A stretch of DNA of 49,818 bases, the filler included, from Jimgerdemannia flammicorona (taxonomy: Eukaryota): the NCBI GenBank assembly GCA_003990765.1. It is 2 parts of 2 records of this genome, joined end to end, with 100 filler letters (N's around TTAATTAATTAA, not from the genome) between each part and the next. Parts side by side here need not be neighbours in the genome. Positions count along the whole stretch, not along the records: positions 24,966 to 49,818 come from RBNJ01000911.1; 1 more part is not named here. One strand, given 5' to 3'. Positions 37,747 through 48,719 of this stretch are shown in pieces. The number at the start of each line of letters is the position of its first letter. The first letter of the stretch is position 1. The notes below the pieces were generated by a model, which was not told where the DNA came from, did no database searches, and was given only the letters and a program-made list of their open reading frames with translations. The translations under genes were made by a program, and so were the position numbers.

Positions 37747-38103
37747 TGTGTTTAAAGAGGTAATCCTGAAAGTCCCTTTATCAGTATACTTGTTCTTTTT
37801 CTAACACTTTTGATCTGAGGTTTTATTTACTTGAAGATACTGGGTTATTTATACAAGTTTGCTAGCTATGAGATAGTTACTGAGTTACGTGGCTAGGTTA
37901 TGAGTCATTTAACACTTTGTGAAATATTTTGCCAGTTGTGAAATGCTATACTATATTGAGAAGCTCGATCTCGCACTTTGTGAAATATTTAGCAAATGGC
38001 AAAATCGGGGACTACTAACTATGTGGCTATACTACTTTGGGACTGGGTGTGATCAAGTATCTGTTCTCTATTTCTTTCTTCTAAATCTGGCTATACCATC
38101 ACA
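37747..38103 (-). mobile_element. 5' LTR of element C (357 bp)
   Basis: The minus strand begins TGTGATG and ends CACA, followed by TT and the TGG PBS. It contains TATAAAT and AATAAA. Confidence 0.8.
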
Positions 38104-38235
38104 GTATATATATTATATTGACTAATAGTTGAGGTCAGTATAATTGAACTCTATCCTGATTGTTTATATTATTAGATATATTATCTGTTGTTATAGCTAA
38201 TATTTAGAGTGAAAAATCATTAATTCAAATATAAG

Positions 38236-38590
38236 ATAACCTGTTTTTTAAAAACTCGATCTTTTTGAAAATCTGATCTTTTTGAAAATCTGATCTTTTT
38301 TGAAAACCTGATTTTTTTTGAAACCAAATCTTTTTCAAAAACCCAATCTTTTTTAAAAACTCAACTTTTTTCAAAAACCTGACTATTTTTAAAAACCTAA
38401 CCTTTTTTGAAAACCTGATCTTTTTCAAAAACTCAATTATTTTTAAAAACCTAACCTTTTTTGAAAACCTGACCTTTTTTGAAAATCTGATCTTTTTCAA
38501 AAATCTGACCTTTTTAGAAAACTCAATCTTTTTTAAAAATCTGACCTATTTTAAAAAATTTAATCTTTTTAAAATATGATCTTTTTGAAA
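38236..38590. repeat. Minisatellite of ~18-22-bp units (TTTTTGAAAAYCTGAYC-like)
   Basis: More than 15 degenerate tandem copies between element C and element B. Confidence 0.9.
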
Positions 38591-38608
38591 GACTTGTTCT
38601 CTATATAT

Positions 38609-40841
38609 TGTGATGTCTACAATCGACCCTGTCCAAATTCGGAGTATCTTGTGACCACAAGATCAGATGACATTATGGTGTGATAACTGGTAACTAGCCC
38701 AATCCGTCAAGTGATTTCACCAAAAGAAGACAAGATGATCCAAGCCAAAATGAAGACCATGTTATTTAAGAAACTATACTCTGCCTCAGGGATCGGCACC
38801 AAAAGAACAAGTACTCACTACACAATGCCTCCTATCCGCTGCCCCAACCAGACCTCCTGCCGCTCTTCCCCCTTGCCTGGCCCAAAGACTCAAATCTTTG
38901 AAGCTATCAAGAAGGCCATCTGGTGCCCAGATACTTCTGAACACTTGAACTTCTATACCGAGGACCTTGGACACTTTATCAACTACCGGTATATAATGAC
39001 CCATCAGCTCAAAGACACTACCGAACGAATGACCCTCTGGCATGACTATGAAATCGGACACCGCCTTTGCAATGAGACTCAAGAAGATGACCAGGAAGGC
39101 CTCATTACCGAATTGATAACCACTAGCTGGCTAATCAAGAGAGCCCTCTGTGTCTACCAAATCTTCTGCCATATTCTCTGGGCCATAGCACACTTGCAAG
39201 GAGTAATGGCTGGCAGTCTCTCCTGCCTTTCAACTGAAGATGCTGACTAGATAGAATCTGAAGTAGCCAACGCTATTGGCAACAACTGCATCGCCATAGG
39301 AAGCCAATAAACCGAACCTACTCAGCCAGGTTTCCACACCACCCCACTCTGAGACAACCATCAAGGTCACCTAATGAGTCTTATGGAGATATTTGAAGGA
39401 CTGCCCATTACCATAGAAGCACTCATTGGAGCTACCCCAACCACCCACCACCTTGTCAGCCACAATTCACACCTCATCATTTGGAAACCAAATCAAGAAG
39501 AAGTCCAAGAAGTTCCTGTCTTTGAAGAGGAGGCCCAAGAACTCCAAGGCCCTGCCTCTGAAGAAACCCCCTCTGACACCAAAACTGACAAGTCTTCAGA
39601 AGAAGAAGAGGAGCAACAGAGAGTCTACCAGTCCTCTGTCCGCATTCAAGCAGTTCAGGGATTGGAAAATGTTGTTGAAGATGACTGGCTACTTTTCTAC
39701 CCCCTCACCTCTTGGCTGGCACTTCCCCCCTTTGAGGAGAGATATGATGAAGAAGAAATCACAACCCAGCAAGATTTGCCCACTGCGGATGAAGGGTACT
39801 ATTCCCTCTAGAGTACCGCCCATCAGCCGTGAGAACTCAGCATTTTTGTCAGCAGGTCTGAATTCAGCATTGCCACCCTCCACAACCATTTCTGGCAATA
39901 ATCATCGTATTATGTCAGCTCATCCAAATCCAGCATTGCTACCCAGTACCACCATTTTCAGCATTTTATCAGCAGGTCCAAATCCAGCATTGCTATCCCC
40001 TACAACCCAATCCATAGTAAACAATAGCCTGCACCTTGCATCATGTAAACCAATAGCATAAGTTCACCACAACGTAGTATACCTTAGCCTTAGTCGTGCC
40101 CCCCCCCCCCATAGCTAGCAAACTTGTATAAATAACCTATATTCTTAGAGTGAATAAACCTCAGTCAGACAGTTTTACAGAGAAAACACACTGCCTCCAA
40201 GAGACTGGATAAATTCTGAGAACAAGATAACAACCTAGAGCAATAGATCACTCGGAAGTTTGAGTTAAAGAATTTTCTCTTGCCATGGAAAGAAAACATT
40301 ACTCGACCACCATTCGAGACCCAGCCAAGGATTCAAGACTATGACCGCTGTGCATTCAGACCACCATTCGAGATTCAAGACCCAGAAACCCAGGGATACC
40401 CAGCCAAAGGATACTAGACTGCCAAAGACCAATCTGCTGCCAAAAGACCTGAACGACCACCAGAAACCTTTCAAGTTAACAAGTCAAGATGGATGAGCGA
40501 GCCATCAACCTCCATTTTCCCAACCTACTGTGCCACGCACCACTTAAAGTCAAGACTGTCACCCGCTTCAAATCGACCATATATTCTGCTAAAGTCTATC
40601 ACCACCGGCACACCCAAGTAACTGCCCTCTGTTAGCAACAACACCTTTTTCCACTGAATATTGAGCCACCATCGTTGAACAATCTCTCGCTATTATCAAT
40701 TACCGCACGAATCGAATGAGCCAATCACGTGATCAATGACCCGCGAACATCACCAATGTATTCAGTTATCCATTGCGCACTTCACCAGTGGCACACATTG
40801 AGCCGTGCAGTCGAAGTTCATTATACATAACCAATACCACA
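38609..40841 (+). repeat. 5' LTR of element B (~2233 bp)
   Basis: TGTG...CACA termini. It matches 48720-49818 over the available length. TATAAAT at 40127, AATAAA at 40153, PBS directly after. Confidence 0.9.
38711..39811 (+). pseudogene. LTR(U3)-encoded ORF of unknown function, ~367 codons in the two-LTR consensus
   Basis: ORFs 38711-39250 and 39374-39811 share a frame. The three intervening stops are sense codons (TGG, CAA, CGA) in the 3' LTR copy. Confidence 0.75.
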
Positions 40842-40844
40842 TTT

Positions 40845-40862
40845 TGGGGGCTCCAATGGGAA
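40845..40862 (+). promoter_or_regulatory. Primer-binding site, tRNA-Pro-like
   Basis: TGGGGGCTCCAATGGGAA lies 3 nt after the LTR end. The first 9 nt equal the canonical tRNA-Pro PBS start TGGGGGCTC. Confidence 0.75.
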
Positions 40863-40910
40863 AGTTTTCAAAAGACTTGACCATTTGGCTCAAGAACCCA
40901 GCTATCTACA

Positions 40911-42800
40911 GTGGAGAACTTAGCAGGACCAAGTCAGCAACCAAACCAGGGGCAGCAACAGCCCTCCTCAGTAGAAAAGAAAGCCCACACCCTTGTCAGA
41001 ACAGTAGCCAAGACCCTACTCAACACCAGTAGTCAGAAAACCGAATCAGAAGAAAGAAGTGACCCAGATTATGGTTTGACTTCAAGAGAAAGGAGACAAC
41101 TCAGAGGGCAACCAGAACTGCCCCTTCAGATCCAAGACTTAGGTCAAGAAGAAGAAGAGGATATCCCTGAGGAGTATCAGACCCTTATCCATAGGAAGAA
41201 CTCAGACAGAAGTGACTACATAACTACTGTTGTTACTCGAGTCACTCCACTAGACCGAGTATACTTTGAAACATCAGAAAGAGAAGAGGACTATCATCCA
41301 TATCAACCAGAACAAGACAATGATTGGGAATCAGACCATCAAAGGGACAAATTCAACCTATACTATTATCCAGACAGCAACACTGACCCACAACAAGGCA
41401 AACAAGACTTCACTACTTCACAACAGCAAGGGGCAGACGAACTCACTATCAGTTATATCAGTCCACTCCCACCATCAGTTGCTCGAACTTCAGTACTCTG
41501 GTCACTCACACCTCGCCACTATCACCAGTCTATCAGAAGATCTCCACCACTACCCAGGACTTCAACCCCAGCATTAATTAGAAGAGCCAGATTACCCTCA
41601 CCCTCACCAAGACACCACCCTCTGCCAGCACCACTAGTTCATCAAGTACTAGCACCACCACCTTTCCCATCACCCTGAGGATCCGCCAGACCCCCTACCC
41701 CTGAACAATACTCAGATAGTGAAGATGAGCCAGACATGAGCTATCTTCAGAAGTTCCATGGTACAGATAATGAAGATATCGAGGAATTCTTTGGAGAAAT
41801 TGAAGTTCAAGCAGCCGCCAAACAATGGAATGCTGTGAGAAAACTCAGAATTGTGGATTCGCTCCTGAGAGGACCAGCCCTACAGAGGTATAATCAAGCC
41901 AAGCAAGCTGGAGGAGAAATCCATGCAGAGGAACTAAATGACAGCCTTCAACCTGATAGGAACTATGTAGCAAGGTACATGATTTACAAAGCCTGGCTCC
42001 ATGCCCAGTTTAATGGATTTGAGCGCCAACAAGAAGCACAGGAGGCTTTGACCTACATGAGCCAAGCTGCCAATGAAACTCCCAAGAGTTTCTACCATCA
42101 GATTCAAGCTCAAATGATCAAGGCGAACCTTCAACCAGCAGTCCAACTGGCCCTAGCCTCAACTACCTTCCTCAATGGCTTATACCCAGAACTCCAAAGA
42201 TAAGTTATCAGGATGGGATATCAAAACATTGAACAGCAAGTTGCTGGAGCACAAGGATGTTGGGAAGCAGATTATAGATCAGTACAACAAGTACAAGGCT
42301 ATCCTGAGCCAATCCGAGCTGAAAACCCAAGGACCCGAGGAACAACCATGGAGCAAGAGAATGCCTTCCTCAGGGCCCAGATAGCCAACTATGAGGACAG
42401 ACCAGCACCCACAAATCCGACTCCATTCAGGCAACCACAGCAGCAGCCACCATCAAGAGTTCAAGAAGACCCCATGACAATACTCACTAAGCAAATGAAG
42501 GACCTGGCCATTGTGGTTGCCCAGCTGAACAACCAAGGTAGAAGACAACAAGACTACTGTCGTGATAACAGACCAGACTACTGGCAACAAGACAACAGAG
42601 GTCCTGCCCCTGCACTACTAGCTGCAACTACAGCCTCATCAGTGACTGGTTCCTATGGTCCCACCTACTTCAGCTGTGGAAATCAAGGCCACATCCAGAG
42701 GAATTGTCCAAGGAACCAATCCACCCAGTCCAATGACAGAAATGTCAACCTCTTTCAGGTAGATGAAGAGACTCAGGAGATGGAAGAAGAAGCAGCCTAG
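40911..42800 (+). pseudogene. gag: gag of element B (Pro-rich leader, capsid, zinc knuckle)
   Basis: Same-frame segments start at 40911, 41736 and 42213. Motifs KFHGTDNEDIEEFF, LRGPA, FLNGL and the decayed knuckle (Y)FSCGNQGHIQRNC. Confidence 0.88.
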
Positions 42801-43359
42801 CTCCATGGTCAAGAAGATGACATCTACCCGTATTTCGAGGCCTTTCCATCCAAGGTGACATGGGAAGCTGCCCCAGCAGAGACCAGAGGACGAGGAAGAC
42901 CACGAAGGAACCCCCCACCTCAACTGCCAGTAACAATATCCACAGACAAGCATCCGCGATATGGCCATTCTTCTTCAGACACTCCACAAGAACAGGAGAA
43001 GTGAGTGAGAAGAGATACCCCTGAACCAGAAGCCGGACCATCTAGGACAACCCCCAGCTCTACTCTGCCAGACCTTGAAGAAGATGAGCATATGAGCATA
43101 GAATCTTCAGCTGATGAAATGCCCATCAGGGATGAGAGACTACACCCCAAGGGACTAAGACACTGAAGAAGCAGCAAGCCCTATGCAGCAGCCTCACTTT
43201 GGGAACATATCTGCCTATAGAATGCTGGTCTTACAGTTGAGCAAGTCCTCAAGAATGCACCAGAGGTCAGGTGAAAATTCCTGAAAGAAGCCAAGGAAGA
43301 TACTAAGAGACTTCCAGTCTAAGGGCCACACACTCAAGAACCTAGTACTATCCACACAG

Positions 43360-43770
43360 TCCATGAGAGCCAGCGACATGAACATCAATCTACAAGACTC
43401 GCCAATGGAAAAGTACATGGTGAAAATGCCAGAATTCTCGTCGATACTGGAGCAGCAGTATGCATCATCACCCAAAGGATGTTGGAGTGAATTGGATGGG
43501 GAATAGATGAAGGAACCAAAGCAAGAGTTATCATGGCCGACGGATCAGCTTCCACACCCCTTAGACTTGTCAGAGACATTCCCATTCAAGTTGGAAAGGC
43601 CCGCCTCAATGTACCCAAAGCCATCGTGACCCCCACAACCTCCTATGACCTGATCCTGGGAACTGACTGGTTAAGCCAAGTTGGAGCCAATGTAGATATC
43701 AAGAAACAACTTCTGGTCTTCTTCATTTATGGACAGAAGCACAAGGTGCCCATTGACTCGAAAGGATTAT
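43360..43770 (+). pseudogene. Aspartic protease of element B
   Basis: ILVDTGAAVCII (D at 43443), MADG and DLILGTDWL, in the same frame as gag. Confidence 0.9.
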
Positions 43771-44864
43771 CCAAAAAAACGAATCAAGCCTCAGAAACAG
43801 AATGGCAAGGACATGGTGACACCCCCACTACTACTGAGGATGAAAGCGAGGCCAATTTCCTACAAAAACTAGGAAGTGATTTCGATGCCCCAAGGGACCA
43901 AGAAAGAGAACAAGAAGACTCTTTTGTTGGAGTTATTGGTGTTGAAGGCCTGGAAGAAAGCATTGATAGAGCCATTAATGCAAGGGCAGCACTTGAGTTT
44001 GCAGGACCTTCTGCTCAACCACCACCACCACTGGTAGAAAATCAGATCATGCGAGCCTTTCATTGAGGCATATGTGAACATTTCATCAGCTTCCACTCAC
44101 CAAGAGATGATTGCAGCAATTGCCGAATCCTGGATCTCAAGAAGGTTCCAATGCCAGAAATTGACAACAAGGACAAATTGAAGCAAGTACCATCCCACAG
44201 CCGAATACAACCTCCAACCCCGAAGACCTTCAAGAAGATCTATAAGGAAGGACAGAAGATCCTCACCTGCCAAACATTTGAGTCCCTTACCATCGAAGGA
44301 GAAAGCAACAGCTCTTACACTATCACCTGGGCCCTCCAGATCACACAGCCCACCTATGACAAGTATCGGAAGAGATTCCCCACCAGTAGGGAGGTCAAAC
44401 AGTGAAATGAAGACTTTGTCAAGAAGGGACATTGTAATTGTGGAAAAACCTTTACCTGCTACTGGTGTGAACATCGAGATGTTCATCTCAGCGAAGATGT
44501 CTACAAGAGCTGAGTCAAGAGAAAGGACCCCACCCTGCAAGAACCTTGAATTCGCTGGGCCTGTCAGAAGTGCAAAGAAATCAACCATGAAGGAGACTGC
44601 AAGTTCAAGAGCAAGACCTCTATCTGGGACCTACCATTGAAAGTTCTTGCCATCATTCACTGATACTGCCACCCTCATCAAGGAAAAGAAGGTATCAATC
44701 TTGCCTTCATCCTTATGGAAGCTCTGGACTCTCTAGGAAAGACTGGATTCAATTACACAAGAAACTCAAAGACAGGAGCTCACTGGCCTTTCTTCAAACT
44801 GGAGCGCATGGACTTCTCACCTACAATGGCAATGGCTGAAGCACCATTTCTCAAAGCTCAACCA

Positions 44865-45275
44865 ATTATCCAGATCAAGCTGCTTTCACCCTGGGTACAG
44901 CCACCTCTTGCACAAACAGAAGGATCAGTTGGTTATGACCTCTGCCTCCCCTACCAAGCAAGAATCCGACCCAGAAGTACCAGGACTTTTGACCTACAGA
45001 TTGCACTTGCTATACCACCTGGGCATTATGGACAGTTGGCCTCAAGATCCTCATTGGCAACCAAAGGAGTCACAGTAGAAGGAGGAGTCATTGATCAGAA
45101 CTACTGAGGTCCCCTGAAGGTCATTATCCGCAATTCTAGTAGAACCAGCCAATTCTTCAGTCCTATGGAAGCCATCTGCCAAATCCTGTTTATCAAGACA
45201 TCATAGCTGACCATCCAAGAGGTAGACCAACTAGAAGATACCAACAGAGGACAAGGAGGCTTTGGAAGCACCAAT
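44865..45275 (+). pseudogene. Trimeric-type dUTPase domain within the element B polyprotein
   Basis: All five motifs are present: GSVGYDL, ASRSSLA, GGVIDQNY*G, ICQILF, RGQGGFGST. Two stops. Confidence 0.93.
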
Positions 45276-45839
45276 AGAAATCTATGGACACCACCTATCG
45301 AGGTTCATTTGGCAACAGTTGCTCAATTCCGACAAATGAGACTCCATATCTGCTGCCCAATCCGAGCAAGAGAAGACATCCTCCTGCAGCCCTACTAGCA
45401 AAAAGGCCTAGATGTGCACCTACTAGTAGAAGCAAACAACTTGATATTTGCACCATCACTGGAGCTTCAAAAGGAATACCACATCCTCCTGGCTGAAGAA
45501 TGAATTCATGACCAGATGTCACCAATCCACATCCCTATCAGAAACTCGGGCTTCAAAGTGATAACTATCCCCAAGAGAACAACACTGGGATATTTCGAAC
45601 CACTGATAGACACCTATGAGGAAGAAGTCTTCGAATTCTTGGGAAATGGCAAGCCCTCTCTGGTGAGACTGACGGTACCAGGGAGGAAGACTCAGCAAAT
45701 TCAGCAATCAAAGCCGTCGACATCGAGACAACTCTAACCAAGGACCAGCAACAACAAATACAGGAGTTGATAGAAGAGTACAAAGATATATTTACCACCA
45801 TATATGATAACTTCCCACCATATCAATACAGAGAACACT

Positions 45840-48393
45840 CTATACATACTGGAGATACAAGACTAATCCGACAATGACCCTACCGAATACCACATCATCT
45901 GATTGAATTCGAACAACAATACATAGATGAAATGCTACGAAATGGAGTCATCAGACCATCATCAAGCCCCTGGGCTTCACCAGCAATCATAGTACCAAAG
46001 AAAGGAGGATGGAGATTAGTCGTGGATTTCAGAAAACTCAACAAAGTCACCACAGAAGATGCCTACCCACTGCCAAGAATTGATGATCTCATCAATGCCC
46101 TTGGAAAAGCCAAAGTCATGACCACTACCGACTAGTTCTAAGGATTCCAAGTAATACCCATTGCCAAAGAAGATATCTGCAAGATAGCCTTCATCACCAG
46201 ATGAGGACAGTATGAATACCTACGAATGCCCTTTGGACTCTGCAATATGCCCGCCTCATTCCAATGAATGATGAACTATGTCTACCGGGACCTCATTGGA
46301 AGAAATATACTAGTGTACATAGATGATGTAATCATCTACTCTGAGACATTCAAGCAGCATTTGCAAGACCTCCATGAAGTATTCAATACCATTCGAAATT
46401 CAGGACTCAGACTCAATGCCAAGAAGTGCTTCTTTGGAAAACATCAAGTCGAATATCTGGGATATATTGTCTCAGCTCAAGGAACACATGCCAACTCCCG
46501 CAAGGTGGAGAAAGTCAAGAACTACCCAACCCCGACCTCAGCAAAGGAGATCCTATCCTTCCTTATGCTAGTATCCTACTATCGATGATTCATCTCAAGG
46601 TTTTCAGATAAGGCAGCACCTCTCTGAGATATCTCCAAGAAGGACCAACCATTCTACTGGAAAGAAGAACAACAAAAGTCATTCGACCTACTCAAGAAGG
46701 CTCTTACCGAAGCCCCTGTCCTAGTGTGACCGGACTTTGGCAAACCATTCATCCTGACAACTGATGCCTCAGCCTTAGGACTTGGATCAATTCTGTCTCA
46801 GCAAGATGACCAGAAGAGGGAGCATGTTATTGAATATGCTAGCAAGGCCACGAATGAAACACAAGCGAACTATGGAGCCACTAAGTTGGAATGCCTAGCA
46901 GTAGTTTGGGCTATGGACCACTTCTGACACTATCTCTTGGGAAAGAGATTCGCCCTCATCACTGACCATCAAGCTCTATAATGGTTGTTCAACAAGCCAG
47001 AGCCCTCAGGAATCTTCGCTAGATAGATCATGTCTCTGCAAGAATATCAGTTCACTATTGTCTACAAGAAAGGTGCTAAGAATTCCAATGTCGATACCCT
47101 GTCAAGAATCCCACGAAACTAACAAGAAGGGAAGGAGCCCCCACAAGAGAAGGCTACTTCCCACTCACCCAAATGAACCAAGAATTGTGCCTCGCCCTTA
47201 CCTGGAGTCTGCACCATAGAAGCTTCAAGAAAGGAATCCAACCAGTCCACAAGTTGTTTATCCAAAGGAATCTCAAGAAATTCCAAGAAGGCGATGGTGA
47301 ACTTTGGAGAGTAGAAGGAGAGCAGTATACCCAAGTTCTAAGAGAAGAAGAAATATTGAAGATCCTGACAACAAATCATGACCAAAATGCATACCGAGGA
47401 ATTGGTGCCACAATTGCAAGAATCAAGAAGCGATACTGGTGGCCCAAGATGAGAAAACAAATTTCAATGCACATTCAACAATGTGATACATGCCAAAGAT
47501 ACCGACAAAAGCCTACCAACAGAGCACCATTAATACCAATCGCAGCACCAGCTGGAGCCTTTCAAAGACTAGGAATAGACATTATTGGACCTCTACCAGT
47601 AACCAGCTGAGGAAGACGCTACATCCTCACTATTGAAGACCACCTGACAAAATGGCCCGAAGCCTTTGCCATCGAGACTGCCGATGCCCAGACAATTGTT
47701 GGGATCCTGTATGATGAAATTTTCAGCTACCATGATGTGCCCAAGGAAATCATTACAGATCAAGACCGAGAATTCGTCAACCAGGCCATGAAGACCTTTG
47801 CAAGCAACTTCAAGATCAAGCTACAACAAACAACAGCCTACCACCCACAGGCAAATGGACTCACTGAACGAATGAACCAGACCATCAAGCGAGGTCTCAG
47901 TAGAACCGGAGATCAACTAAACTGGGATATCTATCTACTGGCAATTCTGTTCAGCATCTGTACCTCTAAAGCAACTGCTACCCAACAGACCCCCTTCTAT
48001 TTGGTGAATGGCCAAGAAGTACAAGATCCTACTGAACCAGTCCAGCTAGATCTGTCAAAACGAGTCACAGAAGAGATCACCCGGTTACATGACATACGTC
48101 AGCAAGCACAAGGATTTATCGCCAAGGCACAAGAACAACAAAAGAGGTACTACAACCGCAAAGCCGACCTCGAACCCCTGCTCATTGGACAAAAGGTTCT
48201 GGTGTACCGTACCATCATAGAAGGAAATTGGAGTATCAAGCTTGAACTAAAATGGGAAGGCCCCTATCTCATACACCAAGTATTCTCAAACCACACTTAT
48301 CAACTCAAGACCTTGGATGGAGTTATCCTCAAGACCAAGATACACTGCAACCGCATAAGACTCTACTACTCAAGAGAAGCAAAACGCATTTGA
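45840..48393 (+). pseudogene. pol: RT - RNase H - integrase of element B
   Basis: SSSPWASP, VDFRKLN, YPLPRID, MPFGL, YIDD (46316), TDAS, ITDHQAL, WWPKM..CDTCQ, GIDIIGP, TDQDREF, YHPQANGLTERMN and KWEGPY. No chromodomain seen. Confidence 0.95.
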
Positions 48394-48709
48394 ACAAATT
48401 CTGTTCACTCTGTCTGTATCATCTCCATTGGAGATATGATGGACATTTCACTCGGAACTCAAGAAAGCCAACAACATTGGAACCAGACTCAAGCCCATCC
48501 ATGTGACAGATATTGTTACTAAGAAATTGCCTCAGATTACAAGTAATACTATTTCCAATGGGTTTGAACCCCCAGCCGTGACTATGGGAGCCCTCACCCT
48601 AGACAAGGATGGCCAGTCCTCACAAATACACCGACATTCTGCTCATCCCTGGAGTTAAGACCACCCAACTCTGTGTAACTCTCACCACCAAGGACGGCTC
48701 TAATTTTGC

Positions 48710-48719
48710 AAGGGGCAGA
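48710..48719 (+). promoter_or_regulatory. Polypurine tract of element B
   Basis: AAGGGGCAGA immediately precedes the TG of the 3' LTR. Confidence 0.75.

Noticed and set aside
38225..38500. Lys/Phe-rich repeat ORF (KKVRFLK)n
   Set aside because: Translation of an AT-rich minisatellite with no coding evidence.
45640..47175. Frame changes at ~45650 and ~47160 as programmed frameshifts
   Set aside because: No clear slippery heptamer and the element is otherwise decayed, so simple indels are more likely.
48394..48710. Possible env or chromodomain after the integrase
   Set aside because: No signal peptide, TM segment or chromodomain aromatic-cage pattern. Only short interrupted frames.
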